A stretch of DNA of 41,045 bases from NCBI GenBank assembly GCA_003164255.1, contig PLST01000180.1:1431-42475 (forward strand), read 5' to 3'. Below are positions 1-8,880 of this stretch, one piece after another. Origin of the DNA: Acidobacteriaceae bacterium. GTDB lineage: Bacteria; Acidobacteriota; Terriglobia; Terriglobales; Acidobacteriaceae. The position numbers and the translations under genes are program-made. Each line of letters begins with the position of its first letter. Position 1 is the stretch's first letter. The notes under the pieces are model-generated. The model was not told where the DNA came from and did not search any database. It saw nothing but the letters and a program-made list of their open reading frames with translations.

Positions 1-2
1 CG

Positions 3-1511
3 GCCGAACTGCGGAGCCTGGGTGACGCGTACTACAACGCCGGCCGTTCCAGCGAAGCAGCGGAACAATACAGCGCGCTGCTGCGCGCGCCGACGCTTAG
101 CGCGGCCGAGCGCGAAAGCGTCCAGGTGGCCGAGGCAGCATGCGAGCTCAAGCTCAAGCACCTGACCCCAGCCCAGGTACAGGGGCTGCCCGACACAGCC
201 GACGAGAATGGAGCCCGCAGGCTCGACCTGCTGATGGAACTGGCCCGGGACCGCGACGACACGGCAGATCAGCAGCGCATCGTTGCCGAGATGGAGCAGC
301 GGTTTCCAGCCAGCCCGTGGCTGGCCGAAGCGCTGTTCTCAAGCGGCAACATGTATCTGCTCAAGCGCGACTATCCCACGGCAATCGAATACTACAAGTA
401 TCTTGCCGACCATTTCCCTGGCAGCAAGAATGCCGCCGCCGCACACTGGAAGGCGGGCTGGCTCAGCTACCGCCAGGGGCTCTACCCTGAAGCCGCGCGG
501 CTGTTCGACGAGCAGATCAGGCTCTATCCCTCGGCAATTGAGACCGTGTCCGCGCTCTACTGGCGCGGACGCCTGTACGAAACCCAGGACCATGCTCCAG
601 CCCTGGCGGCTGCCAGCTATCGCGCCATTATTCGCGCTTACCAGCACTACTTTTACGCGCAAATGGCGCGCGCGCGGCTCGCGGCACTCGGAAACACCCA
701 GCCGATGCAGGCTCCGCAGCTTGATCGCTTCCAGCCCCTGCCGCAGCCGCAACTGGTGGATAGCTTTCCGGCAGATAGCCCGCACCTGGCCAAGGCCCGG
801 CTGCTTGCCAATGCGGGGTTGAACGAATACATCCCGCAGGAGATTGCGGCCGATCCCAACTCATTCTCGTGGAGCGCGCTGGCCGAGGCCCAGATTTATG
901 CATCGTATGGCGAAACGTTTCGTGCGATGCGCGCCTTGAAGCGCTCGCTGCCACAGGCGGCCACCGCCCCCGTAAAGGACATTCCACTGGCTTATTGGCG
1001 CATCCTGTTTCCCGAGCCATGGTGGGACACTATCAAGGCCGAATCCGCGAAGAACAATCTCGACCCTTACCTGGTTGCCTCGCTCATCCGCCAGGAGTCG
1101 GAGTTCAATCCTTCGGCAGTTTCTTACGCCAACGCCTGGGGTTTGATGCAGTTGTTGCCCCCGGTGGGTAAGGCCCTGGCCAGGGAAGAGGGAATGAGCC
1201 ACTTTCAGACCTTTCAACTGCTTGACCCGGAGACCAACATCCGCCTGGGAACGCGCTATCTGCGCCAGATGATGGATCGCTTTGGCGGGGTGCAGGAGTA
1301 CGCGCTGGCGGCTTACAACGCCGGCGACAGCCGCGTGGTGGACTGGGAGGCCGCCGGGCCCTACCACGGTATGGACGAGTTTGTGGAGTCGATCCCATTT
1401 ACGCAGACGCGCGAGTACGTTGAGGCGATCCTGCGCAATGAAGAAACCTACAGGGCAATCGACCAGTTTGCCGCCACGCAAAACATGGCGGGCACCGCGG
1501 GCGGGCACTAG
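3..1511 (+). CDS. Soluble lytic transglycosylase (SLT domain) with N-terminal TPR repeats; 5' end lies outside the window
   Basis: Frame is open from position 3 (AELRSLGDAYYNAG...) into the 126..1511 ORF. SLT motifs IRQES (catalytic Glu), AWGLMQL, ALAAYNAG and IPFTQTREYV follow TPR-like helical repeats. Confidence 0.92.
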   Translation, partial: AELRSLGDAYYNAGRSSEAAEQYSALLRAPTLSAAERESVQVAEAACELKLKHLTPAQVQGLPDTADENGARRLDLLMELARDRDDTADQQRIVAEMEQRFPASPWLAEALFSSGNMYLLKRDYPTAIEYYKYLADHFPGSKNAAAAHWKAGWLSYRQGLYPEAARLFDEQIRLYPSAIETVSALYWRGRLYETQDHAPALAAASYRAIIRAYQHYFYAQMARARLAALGNTQPMQAPQLDRFQPLPQPQLVDSFPADSPHLAKARLLANAGLNEYIPQEIAADPNSFSWSALAEAQIYASYGETFRAMRALKRSLPQAATAPVKDIPLAYWRILFPEPWWDTIKAESAKNNLDPYLVASLIRQESEFNPSAVSYANAWGLMQLLPPVGKALAREEGMSHFQTFQLLDPETNIRLGTRYLRQMMDRFGGVQEYALAAYNAGDSRVVDWEAAGPYHGMDEFVESIPFTQTREYVEAILRNEETYRAIDQFAATQNMAGTAGGH

Positions 1512-1724
1512 GGTCGCAGCAAAGGATCACACAAATGGGGAACCCTGTTTGCCACTCCCGTAGCACGATTCGGGTTGACGAAAGGGGCTGTCTGCGGCAA
1601 CACTGTCTTTCAACCGAAGCTCTCATCGTTTCACCAAGCCATTCGCAGCCTGCTGTTGTTCGAAAAGGGGCCGTCCCCAAAACATCGGACTCGGCTCGGT
1701 TACATCAACCCAATGGAGGGCACG

Positions 1725-1988
1725 ATGTCAGCCGACTTGCAGTTTCTGGAAGAATGGATCCCCGAAAGAATGGACCCCGGTACAGTGTTCGTACTGGAAA
1801 ACCAGGCCAAGCTGGGCCACGCGCAGAATCCGTTTGTGGCTGTGATGTCGTGCCCGCGCTGCGGCACGCTGGGCCTGATCACGCGCAGGCAGCTCTATGC
1901 CGGCGAAACCATGATTTGCGGTGGCGAAGTCTGTTCGGCTGAGTACAGGCTGGATGGCGAGAATATCTGTTTTCGGCGCGCGCAGTAA
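1725..1988 (+). CDS. Small hypothetical protein (87 aa) with a CPRC...CGGEVC putative zinc-ribbon motif
   Basis: GGAGG RBS just before ATG 1725, in frame with the 1575..1988 ORF; four Cys arranged as CxxC and Cx4C. Confidence 0.7.
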   Translation: MSADLQFLEEWIPERMDPGTVFVLENQAKLGHAQNPFVAVMSCPRCGTLGLITRRQLYAGETMICGGEVCSAEYRLDGENICFRRAQ

Positions 1989-2133
1989 TCTCAATTGAAT
2001 GCAGATTTCGCGGGCCATCCCCCGATGATCGGGATGCCCATGCGAAGTTTGTTGTGTGGCCTTGTTGCCGCGTCCCGGACATAATGGTGTGAATGCCGAA
2101 TGCTAATCGGTTGGTATAGAATCGTCGCTGGGC

Positions 2134-2523
2134 ATGGAAGCACTCCTCAATTTCGCATGGGCATTGATGGCAATTGCGTGCCTGGGCCTATGGTTCCGCT
2201 TTGGACGGCGCACCGGGGTCGATCGGCGTGCGTCGTTTGTCGCGCTGGTCATGCTTCTGGTCATCCTTTTTCCGGTCATCTCAGTCAGTGATGATTTGTG
2301 GGCGGGGCAGAATCCTGCTGAGACAGACACCTGCCAGCGCCGCGCTCATCGCGATTGCTGCTCGCACACTAGCCTTCAGGCGGTAGCTTCGCTCCCTCTG
2401 CCGGTATTTGCAGAGTTGAGTTTTGGAATCCAGCGTTTCTCCGTTTCGCTTCCCCCCACTCAGTCCGTCCCCGACAATCCTGCCCTCGCTCCAATCCAGA
2501 ACCGGCCCCCGCCCACCGCCTGA
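2134..2523 (+). CDS. Small membrane protein or putative leader peptide with two N-terminal hydrophobic helices, a Cys/His patch and C-terminal RPPP (DUF2946/CzcI/CruR-like layout)
   Basis: 129 aa; hydrophobic segments near residues 5-22 and 35-52; TCQRRAHRDCCSH; ends QNRPPPTA directly upstream of a metal-efflux operon. Confidence 0.7.
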   Translation: MEALLNFAWALMAIACLGLWFRFGRRTGVDRRASFVALVMLLVILFPVISVSDDLWAGQNPAETDTCQRRAHRDCCSHTSLQAVASLPLPVFAELSFGIQRFSVSLPPTQSVPDNPALAPIQNRPPPTA

Positions 2524-2568
2524 TCGTCGAAGCATCCTTCTTATCGGGACATTGTTTTCTCTTGGTCG

Positions 2569-2589
2569 TCGCCACCCCACAGGTGGCGA
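2569..2589 (+). promoter_or_regulatory. 8-bp stem-loop (TCGCCACC-ccaca-GGTGGCGA) 10 nt before the efflux adaptor start codon
   Basis: Perfect inverted repeat seen in the sequence; a regulatory role is inferred from its position. Confidence 0.4.
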
Positions 2590-2599
2590 AAGGTTGGGT

Positions 2600-3763
2600 A
2601 TGAAGCAGAGATTTCCACTCGGGGTTTTCCGGTTGACCGGCGTGTTCATCCTGCCGGCCGTCCTTTCGATCCCAGTTTTTTCAGGCTGCAAGAGCTCGCC
2701 GTCTGGTGATGGTGCGCCCCCGCCGGCGCGCGTCATTCAGGTTCCCGACATGAACCTGATCACAATCGACAACAACGACGTGGCCAAGTTTCAAATTGTT
2801 CAGGCGGAGAAAATTGAGCTCGCCTCCGAGCTTCGGGCAACCGGCACCGTGGTTCCCGATGTGTCTCGCGAGGTGCCGGTCATTTCACTGGCAAGCGGGC
2901 GCGTGGTCGATATCAAGACGCGCCTCGACGACAACGTGACCAAAGGCCAGTTGCTCCTCAAGGTGCAGAGCAACGATATTACAAACGCATTCAATACCTA
3001 TTTGAAGGCGGCCAACGACGAGCAGCTTGCGAATAAGGCTTACGCCCGGAGCGAGGATCTCTACGCGCATGGAGCAATTTCGCAGGCGATGCTGGAGCAG
3101 GCCGAGGATACGGAGAAAGATGCGAAGGCCGATGTGACGGCTGCTGAAGACCAGTTGAAAACCCTGGGCGCCGACAAGGACCACCCCAGCAGCATCGTCA
3201 ATGTCTATGCGCCGATCAGCGGCGTCATTGTTGCGCAGAATGTGACTGACGGGGCGGCAGCGGGCGTGGGTCTTTCCGGTTCTGCCACGGCGTTCACCAT
3301 CGCCGATCTCTCCCACGTGTGGGTGGTCTGCGACGTTTACGAGAACGATATTCCCAAACTGCAACTCGGCCAGCAGGCCCGGATCACCATCAACTCCTAT
3401 CCTGACCGTCCCCTCTCAGGCCGTGTGAGCGACATCGGCCCAATCCTCGATCCGTCGTTGCGTACCGCAAAGGTTCGCATTGAAGTTGCGAATCCTGGCT
3501 TCCTCAAACTCGGCATGTTTGCCACTGCTACGTTCACAGGCCGTGCCAAGGAAACCCATGCGGCGGTCCCGGCCGATGCCGTGCTTCACCTGCATGACCG
3601 CGACTGGGTTTTTGCTCCTGCGGGAGCAAACCAGTTCAAGCGCATTGAGGTGCGTGCCGGCCAAATGATTGCCGGCAACAAGCAGGCGATTTTGTCGGGA
3701 ATCGATCCGGGCCAGCAAGTGGTTGGCAATGCCCTGCTTCTTGAAACCGCGGGGAACAAATAA
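2600..3763 (+). CDS. czcB: RND efflux periplasmic adaptor subunit (CzcB/CusB family), lipoprotein
   Basis: ATG 2600 is in frame with the 2423 ORF; lipobox VFSGC; MFP motifs SGRVVDI...LDDNVTKGQLL, APISGVIV, IADLSHVWV, LKLGMFA. Abuts the RND gene. Confidence 0.9.
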   Translation: MKQRFPLGVFRLTGVFILPAVLSIPVFSGCKSSPSGDGAPPPARVIQVPDMNLITIDNNDVAKFQIVQAEKIELASELRATGTVVPDVSREVPVISLASGRVVDIKTRLDDNVTKGQLLLKVQSNDITNAFNTYLKAANDEQLANKAYARSEDLYAHGAISQAMLEQAEDTEKDAKADVTAAEDQLKTLGADKDHPSSIVNVYAPISGVIVAQNVTDGAAAGVGLSGSATAFTIADLSHVWVVCDVYENDIPKLQLGQQARITINSYPDRPLSGRVSDIGPILDPSLRTAKVRIEVANPGFLKLGMFATATFTGRAKETHAAVPADAVLHLHDRDWVFAPAGANQFKRIEVRAGQMIAGNKQAILSGIDPGQQVVGNALLLETAGNK

Positions 3764-6700
3764 ATGCTTCGCGCGCTCGTCGACTTCGCCCTGAAAAATC
3801 GCTGGCTGGTTCTGGGCGGGGTGGTTGTGCTCACAGGCTGGGGCATCGTCAGCTTCCGCAATCTGCCCATCGAAGCCTATCCTGACGTAGCCAACAACTA
3901 CGTGCAGATCATCACGCAGTGGCCCGGCCGCAGCGCTGAGGAGATCGAGCGCCAGGTGACCGTGCCGGTTGAGATTCAGATGGCGGGCATTCCGCACCTG
4001 ACCCATCTTCGTTCAACCACGCTGGCCGGCCTTTCCAGCTTGATGCTGATCTTTGATGACGATTCCACGAGCGATGTGAATCGTGAGCATGTGCTGGAGC
4101 GGCTAAGCCAGGTCAACCTGCCTGCCGGGCTTGTTCCGCAGATGGGCACTGACTGGAGTCCGGTGGGCCAGATCTACTGGTACACCATCGAAAGCACCAA
4201 TCCCGCCTATGACGTGATGGAGAAGAAGTCGCTTGAAGATTGGCTTCTCGAGAAGTCCTTCAAGGGAGTCACCGGCGTGGTGGATGTGTCGAGTTTCGGC
4301 GGGCCCACCAAGGAATACCAGATCAAGCTCGATCCCGAAAAACTCGTTGCCTACGGCCTTTCGATCAGCCAGATCGAGCAGCAGATTGCCAACAACAATA
4401 CCAACGGCGGCGGCAGCTTTATTGAGGAAGGCGCGCAGCAGATCAATGTGCAGTCGCTAGGCCTCTACAAGACGGTGCAGGACATTGAGAACACCGTTGT
4501 GAAAACGACGAATGGCGCGGCCGTCAAGATCAGAGACATCGCCACCGTTTCGCAGGGGCCCCGGATTCGCCTGGGACAGATCGGCCGCGCCACCCATCGC
4601 GCCGATGGGACCATCGTTGATAACCCAGACACGGTGGAAGGCATTGTGCTGCTTCAAAAGGGCGACGACTCCGATCCGGTCCTGCTGGGAATTCATGATG
4701 AAGTCAACAAGCTCAACCATGGAATCCTGCCCGAAGGAGTTACGGTAGTTCCATTTCTCGATCGCTCTGACCTCGTCAAGTTCACGGTCACAACGGTTGA
4801 GCACAACCTGACCGCCGGCGTCCTTCTCGTTTCCATCATTCTGTTCCTGTTCCTCGGCAATGTGCGCGGTGCCATAATTGTTGCGCTCACCATTCCCTTC
4901 GCACTCCTGTTTGCCGCAATCTGTCTCGACCAGATGCATATTCCCGCGAACCTTCTCTCGCTCGGTGCGCTCGATTTCGGCATGGTTGTCGACGGCTCGG
5001 TGATCATGATCGAGAACATGGTCCGGCATCTGACGCTGAAAGACGACACGCGTTCGTCCGAACAGAAGATTCGCGATGCGGCGCATGAGGTGCAGCGCCC
5101 TGTCTTTTTCGCCCGCGGCATCATCATCGCCTCCTATCTACCCATCTTCACTCTGCAGGCGGTCGAAGGCAGGCTCTTCAAGCCGATGGCGTGGACCGTT
5201 AGCTTTGCGCTTGTCGGCGCGCTTGTCTTTGCCATTCTTGTTGCCCCCGTCATGGGAAGCATAGCCTTCGCCAAGGGCGCCAAAGAGTGGGAAAACCCCA
5301 TCATGAAATGGCTCACGGTGCGCTACCGTGCCTCGGTCCGTTCGGCCATTGTGCACCGTAACTTTACGTTGGGCATCTCGATGGCGCTGTTCGCCATTGC
5401 CATCTACCTCTCGTTCGCCGGGCCTATTGGTTCGGAGTTTCTTCCCCATCTCGACGAGGGTTCCATCTGGGTGCGCGGAACATTGCCTCCAAGCGAGGGC
5501 CCCACGGCGAGCATCGACTTCACCAACAAAGCGCGGCTGGTGATAGCGTCCTTTCCTGAAGTGACGAAGGTCATCAGTCAGACTGGCCGGCCCGACGACG
5601 GAACCGATACCACCGGCTTCTTCAATACCGAATACTTTGTCGATTTGAAGGGCAAGGATCAATGGCGTCCTGTTTTCCACCAGGACAAGGAAGCATTGAT
5701 TGCTGCAATCGATGAGCAACTCGAGAAGTTTCCCGGCGTTATCTGGAACTATTCTCAGCCCATCTCAGACAACATGGAGGAAGCTGTCTCCGGAGTCAAA
5801 GGCGAACTTGCGGTAAAACTCTACGGTGACGATCTGCGTACCCTGGAACAAAAGGCCGAGGAGATCCAGGCGCAGATGGCCACGGTGAAGGGCATTGAGG
5901 ATCTTGGCATCTTCCGCATCATTGGACAGCCCAATCTGAATTTCACCGTTGACAGGGATGCTGCTGCGCGATGGGGCATCAACGTAGCCGATGTCCAGGA
6001 CGCTCTGCAGACCGCGGTTGGGGCCAATGCGCTTACACAGGTTCAGCAGGGCGAGGCTCGATTCGACGTGACGCTTCGCTATCAGAAGCAGTATCGCGAC
6101 ACACGCGAGGCGATCGAAGACGTGCGCCTGCTGTCGCCTTCAGGAGAACGTATTTCACTTGCTCAATTGACGAAGGTCTCAACGGACGATGGCGCCGAGG
6201 AGGTCTACCGCGAAGGCGGCCAGCGCTACATCGCGATTAAATACTCCGTACGCGGGCGCGATTTAGGCTCCACGGTGGAAGAGGCCATCAGCAGGGTCGA
6301 TCATAACGTCAAACTGCCATCCGGATATCACCTGGAGTGGGCCGGCGAATACGCAAGCCAGAAACGGGCCGATAAGCGCATGGCGCTGGTCATTCCTGTC
6401 ACGGTGCTTGTCATCTTCCTGATCCTCTACACCATGTTCCGGTCCTATAAATGGTCGGTGCTTGTTTTGGTTTCAGTCATCATGGCTTCCATAGGCGGTC
6501 CGCTGGCCCTGTTTCTCACGGGCACCAACTTCTCCGTCTCATCGGCGGTCGGATTCCTTGCGCTGTTTGGTGTCTCGGTGGAGACAGGCGTCATCATGAT
6601 CGAGTTCATCAACCAATTGCGCGCACAGCGCGAAGCCTCTGAAGGTTTCAAGGAGGAAAATATCATTGAGGCTGCGGTCGAGGGCTCGGTCCAGCGTCTT

Positions 6701-6922
6701 CGCCCGGTGATGATGACCATGCTGGTCGCGACGTTGGGCCTGCTGCCCGCGGCGCTCTCGCATGCCATCGGTTCTGACTCTCAGCGCCCCTTCGCGATCG
6801 TGATCGTAGGCGGATTGCTTGCCAATCTGGTCATCGGCATCTTCCTGATGCCCACGCTCTATGTTTGGATGGCGCGCGAGAATGACATTACGGGGCCGGC
6901 TGAAGGGGATCAAGCCTCCTAG
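3764..6922 (+). CDS. czcA: Heavy-metal efflux RND transporter (CzcA/CusA family)
   Basis: 1052 aa; LPIEAYPDV; TM4 motif ANLLSLGALDFGMVVDGSVIMIEN (CzcA-type DFG); GSEFLPHLDEG; RLRPVMMT; GSDSQRP. Confidence 0.95.
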   Translation: MLRALVDFALKNRWLVLGGVVVLTGWGIVSFRNLPIEAYPDVANNYVQIITQWPGRSAEEIERQVTVPVEIQMAGIPHLTHLRSTTLAGLSSLMLIFDDDSTSDVNREHVLERLSQVNLPAGLVPQMGTDWSPVGQIYWYTIESTNPAYDVMEKKSLEDWLLEKSFKGVTGVVDVSSFGGPTKEYQIKLDPEKLVAYGLSISQIEQQIANNNTNGGGSFIEEGAQQINVQSLGLYKTVQDIENTVVKTTNGAAVKIRDIATVSQGPRIRLGQIGRATHRADGTIVDNPDTVEGIVLLQKGDDSDPVLLGIHDEVNKLNHGILPEGVTVVPFLDRSDLVKFTVTTVEHNLTAGVLLVSIILFLFLGNVRGAIIVALTIPFALLFAAICLDQMHIPANLLSLGALDFGMVVDGSVIMIENMVRHLTLKDDTRSSEQKIRDAAHEVQRPVFFARGIIIASYLPIFTLQAVEGRLFKPMAWTVSFALVGALVFAILVAPVMGSIAFAKGAKEWENPIMKWLTVRYRASVRSAIVHRNFTLGISMALFAIAIYLSFAGPIGSEFLPHLDEGSIWVRGTLPPSEGPTASIDFTNKARLVIASFPEVTKVISQTGRPDDGTDTTGFFNTEYFVDLKGKDQWRPVFHQDKEALIAAIDEQLEKFPGVIWNYSQPISDNMEEAVSGVKGELAVKLYGDDLRTLEQKAEEIQAQMATVKGIEDLGIFRIIGQPNLNFTVDRDAAARWGINVADVQDALQTAVGANALTQVQQGEARFDVTLRYQKQYRDTREAIEDVRLLSPSGERISLAQLTKVSTDDGAEEVYREGGQRYIAIKYSVRGRDLGSTVEEAISRVDHNVKLPSGYHLEWAGEYASQKRADKRMALVIPVTVLVIFLILYTMFRSYKWSVLVLVSVIMASIGGPLALFLTGTNFSVSSAVGFLALFGVSVETGVIMIEFINQLRAQREASEGFKEENIIEAAVEGSVQRLRPVMMTMLVATLGLLPAALSHAIGSDSQRPFAIVIVGGLLANLVIGIFLMPTLYVWMARENDITGPAEGDQAS

Positions 6923-6940
6923 GGCCTGTTAACAGGCCCT
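6921..6940. repeat. Perfect 20-bp palindrome AGGGCCTGTTAACAGGCCCT overlapping the czcA stop codon
   Basis: The sequence equals its own reverse complement; flanked by TAG-containing motifs; no U-tract follows. Confidence 0.8.
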
Positions 6941-7177
6941 TAGCTTCGGCTGCGGGAATGACGGCCAGGTTCCTGCTCTGGCTTGTCGGTCTTCGGATCA
7001 TCCAGGCTCCCAAGGATCCCGCTGGCAAGCTGATGGTATTGGTGCGCTCTTTCTCCCACAGCCGGACATTCCCAGTTCGGGCAAAGCAGGAACCGAGAAG
7101 CAAACATAGTGCCATTTTGGTAAGTTGCTGGAAGTAAAGTGTGCAAGATGGTGCATATAGATAACCCTGTGAGCGCT

Positions 7178-7190
7178 CAAGTTATTGATT
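7178..7190 (-). promoter_or_regulatory. IHF binding site (AATCAAtaacTTG)
   Basis: Exact match to WATCAANNNNTTR on the minus strand, in AT-rich DNA 16 bp upstream of a sigma54 box. Confidence 0.7.
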
Positions 7191-7206
7191 CTAAATATTG
7201 TTAGTT

Positions 7207-7222
7207 TGGCATCTGAGTTGCA
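7207..7222 (+). promoter_or_regulatory. sigma54 (-24/-12) promoter of the PEP-CTERM gene
   Basis: TGGCATCTGAGTTGCA: GG-N10-GC with TGGCA and TTGCA; about 100 bp upstream of ATG 7324. Confidence 0.8.
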
Positions 7223-7323
7223 CATGGGAATGTAGACCACCGAGGCCCACTTTTGCGGCCTTTGGTCGGTTTACAGGCGGTTTTGGCTCTGGGGGCCGTA
7301 AGAGACCGTTGATCGGAGGAAGC

Positions 7324-7908
7324 ATGAGGAGATCTGTGTGCGCTTCGCTCGCGCTGGCGGGAGCCCTCGCGATCACTCCATTTTCCTTTGCCGATTCCGC
7401 AGAATTTACGTTAAGTGGTTCACATGCGATCGACCTTCCCAATGAGTTTTCGAAGTCTCCGACGCTCAATGAGAGAACGCAGACCGGGTCAAATCCAAGC
7501 GCCGGTCAAGCGATGAATACAGGCGTGGTAGGCGGTGGTCCAACGTTGTCTTCAGAGACGGGATTCCCGCTCGAGTCTGCACTCAACCAGGCGGAAACCG
7601 GAGTTGGTACTCAGGACAAGCGAATCGCCGTTGTTGATCTCAAGGGAGACGGGCCTTTTCTGATGGCGGGGAACTCGGGCGACAGAGACGGGATTCGCAT
7701 CGCGGGGAACCGACGTGCCAATTCGGAAGGAAAGCGCAATTTACCCAGCGCCAAAGAGGTTTCCAGGGGAAGCATAGGCCTGGTGGGAATCGTCACAACT
7801 CTTGCCGAGACGCCGGAGCCGGGATCCCTGTTCCTTCTTGGCACTGGTCTTCTTGGCCTCGCGTTGGCTTTATTCTGGAAGTCCGCAAACGGTTCGACGG
7901 GTTCCTAG
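7324..7908 (+). CDS. PEP-CTERM sorting-domain surface protein (194 aa)
   Basis: GGAGGA RBS before ATG 7324; signal peptide MRRSVCASLALAGALAITPFSFA; C-terminal TPEPGSLFLLGTGLLGLALALFWK. Confidence 0.88.
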   Translation: MRRSVCASLALAGALAITPFSFADSAEFTLSGSHAIDLPNEFSKSPTLNERTQTGSNPSAGQAMNTGVVGGGPTLSSETGFPLESALNQAETGVGTQDKRIAVVDLKGDGPFLMAGNSGDRDGIRIAGNRRANSEGKRNLPSAKEVSRGSIGLVGIVTTLAETPEPGSLFLLGTGLLGLALALFWKSANGSTGS

Positions 7909-8261
7909 GTTGGGTTCGGTAGTTATCAAAACAAACGTTCGAGAGACTCTTCAAAACAATTCGGTTGCACGGTCGTTGAAAGTTGACCTTCCGTTTTCCG
8001 CGGCGTGTTGTCTTTAATCAGACAGCGCAGTGGCGTTATGTTGAGCTTGTCGGAGGCTCCTGTTCAAAACTGAGTCTTCACTCGAAAGGCACGCTGCGAT
8101 CCACCTGATTGAAAACAGGGAGTACGGCAATACGAATGAGTGTTTTTGCGAACAAGTTTCTTGGTCAAAGCCGGCTAATTTTGGTCTGATTTTGCTCGAC
8201 GGATGTCCATAGTTAGATATCGACGGACGGTTGAAATGAGAGTTAGGATTAATCAACACTG

Positions 8262-8286
8262 AGTGGGTGTACAACTTCTACCCACT
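8262..8286. promoter_or_regulatory. Inverted repeat AGTGGGT-N11-ACCCACT, candidate activator site upstream of the pilZ sigma54 promoter
   Basis: Perfect 7-bp arms about 70 bp upstream of the -24 element; function inferred. Confidence 0.35.
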
Positions 8287-8355
8287 TGATATGCAACACA
8301 TTGCGGTTACTCTCATGGTGAGCCGGTTATTCCGAAGGTTTATTTGAATCCAGTT

Positions 8356-8371
8356 TGGCACTGGAATTGCT
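8356..8371 (+). promoter_or_regulatory. sigma54 (-24/-12) promoter of the PilZ gene
   Basis: TGGCACTGGAATTGCT matches the TGGCAC-N5-TTGCW consensus exactly. Confidence 0.8.
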
Positions 8372-8529
8372 GTTGAGAGCGTGGGCCAATCAGACAATTT
8401 TCTGTTTGCAGGCGCCGGATATAAATCTGTGTGGTGGTTCGGAACGAAATTGCTGATTGTCAGATACGGCGAATGCGTAACAGATCAAACTCGATGGTTG
8501 TGGATGAATATCTCAATGAAGCGGTGTGC

Positions 8530-8880
8530 ATGACTGAAGACCTGACAACGGCGAACGAGCGACGCGGGAGCCAACGCTTTCGGATAAGTGCGCCACTTAC
8601 TGTGATTGCCGGCGACCACGAAATTTCTGCCTATACACGCGACCTGAGCAATCGTGGCGTTTACTTCTATCTTTCTCTCGCGGATAGCGCGCTCATTGAT
8701 CGCGATTTTGAATTTCTTATCGAGATGCCGTCAGAGATCACGCTCTCAAGCAGTTGCCGCATCCGGTGCAGAGGCAAATTGATCCGCAAGGAAATGACGT
8801 CAAGAAATCTGACTGGTGCAGGGATCGCGGCGGAGATTCTGGACTACTCCATTCTTCGCGATGCGGCGACCGTCGCCTAA
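8530..8880 (+). CDS. Single-domain PilZ protein (c-di-GMP receptor); start may lie further upstream
   Basis: RxxxR (ERRGSQR) and DxSxxG (DLSNRG) motifs; about 116 aa from ATG 8530. Confidence 0.85.
   Translation: MTEDLTTANERRGSQRFRISAPLTVIAGDHEISAYTRDLSNRGVYFYLSLADSALIDRDFEFLIEMPSEITLSSSCRIRCRGKLIRKEMTSRNLTGAGIAAEILDYSILRDAATVA

Noticed and set aside
861-1508. 215-aa minus-strand ORF and many similar shadow ORFs (for example 4457..5086, 17927..18721, 35195..35866)
   Set aside because: Antisense to well-supported genes, no recognisable motifs; expected in GC-rich DNA.
2423-2599. Upstream extensions of ORF-track starts (also 7198, 11588, 11861, 13832, 14922, 21064, 31018)
   Set aside because: They overlap neighbouring genes or promoter boxes; downstream ATGs fit an RBS, signal peptide or domain boundary better.
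7138-7157. Possible NtrC box (GTGTGCAAGATGGTGCA)
   Set aside because: Only the right half matches TGCACCA-N3-TGGTGCA.
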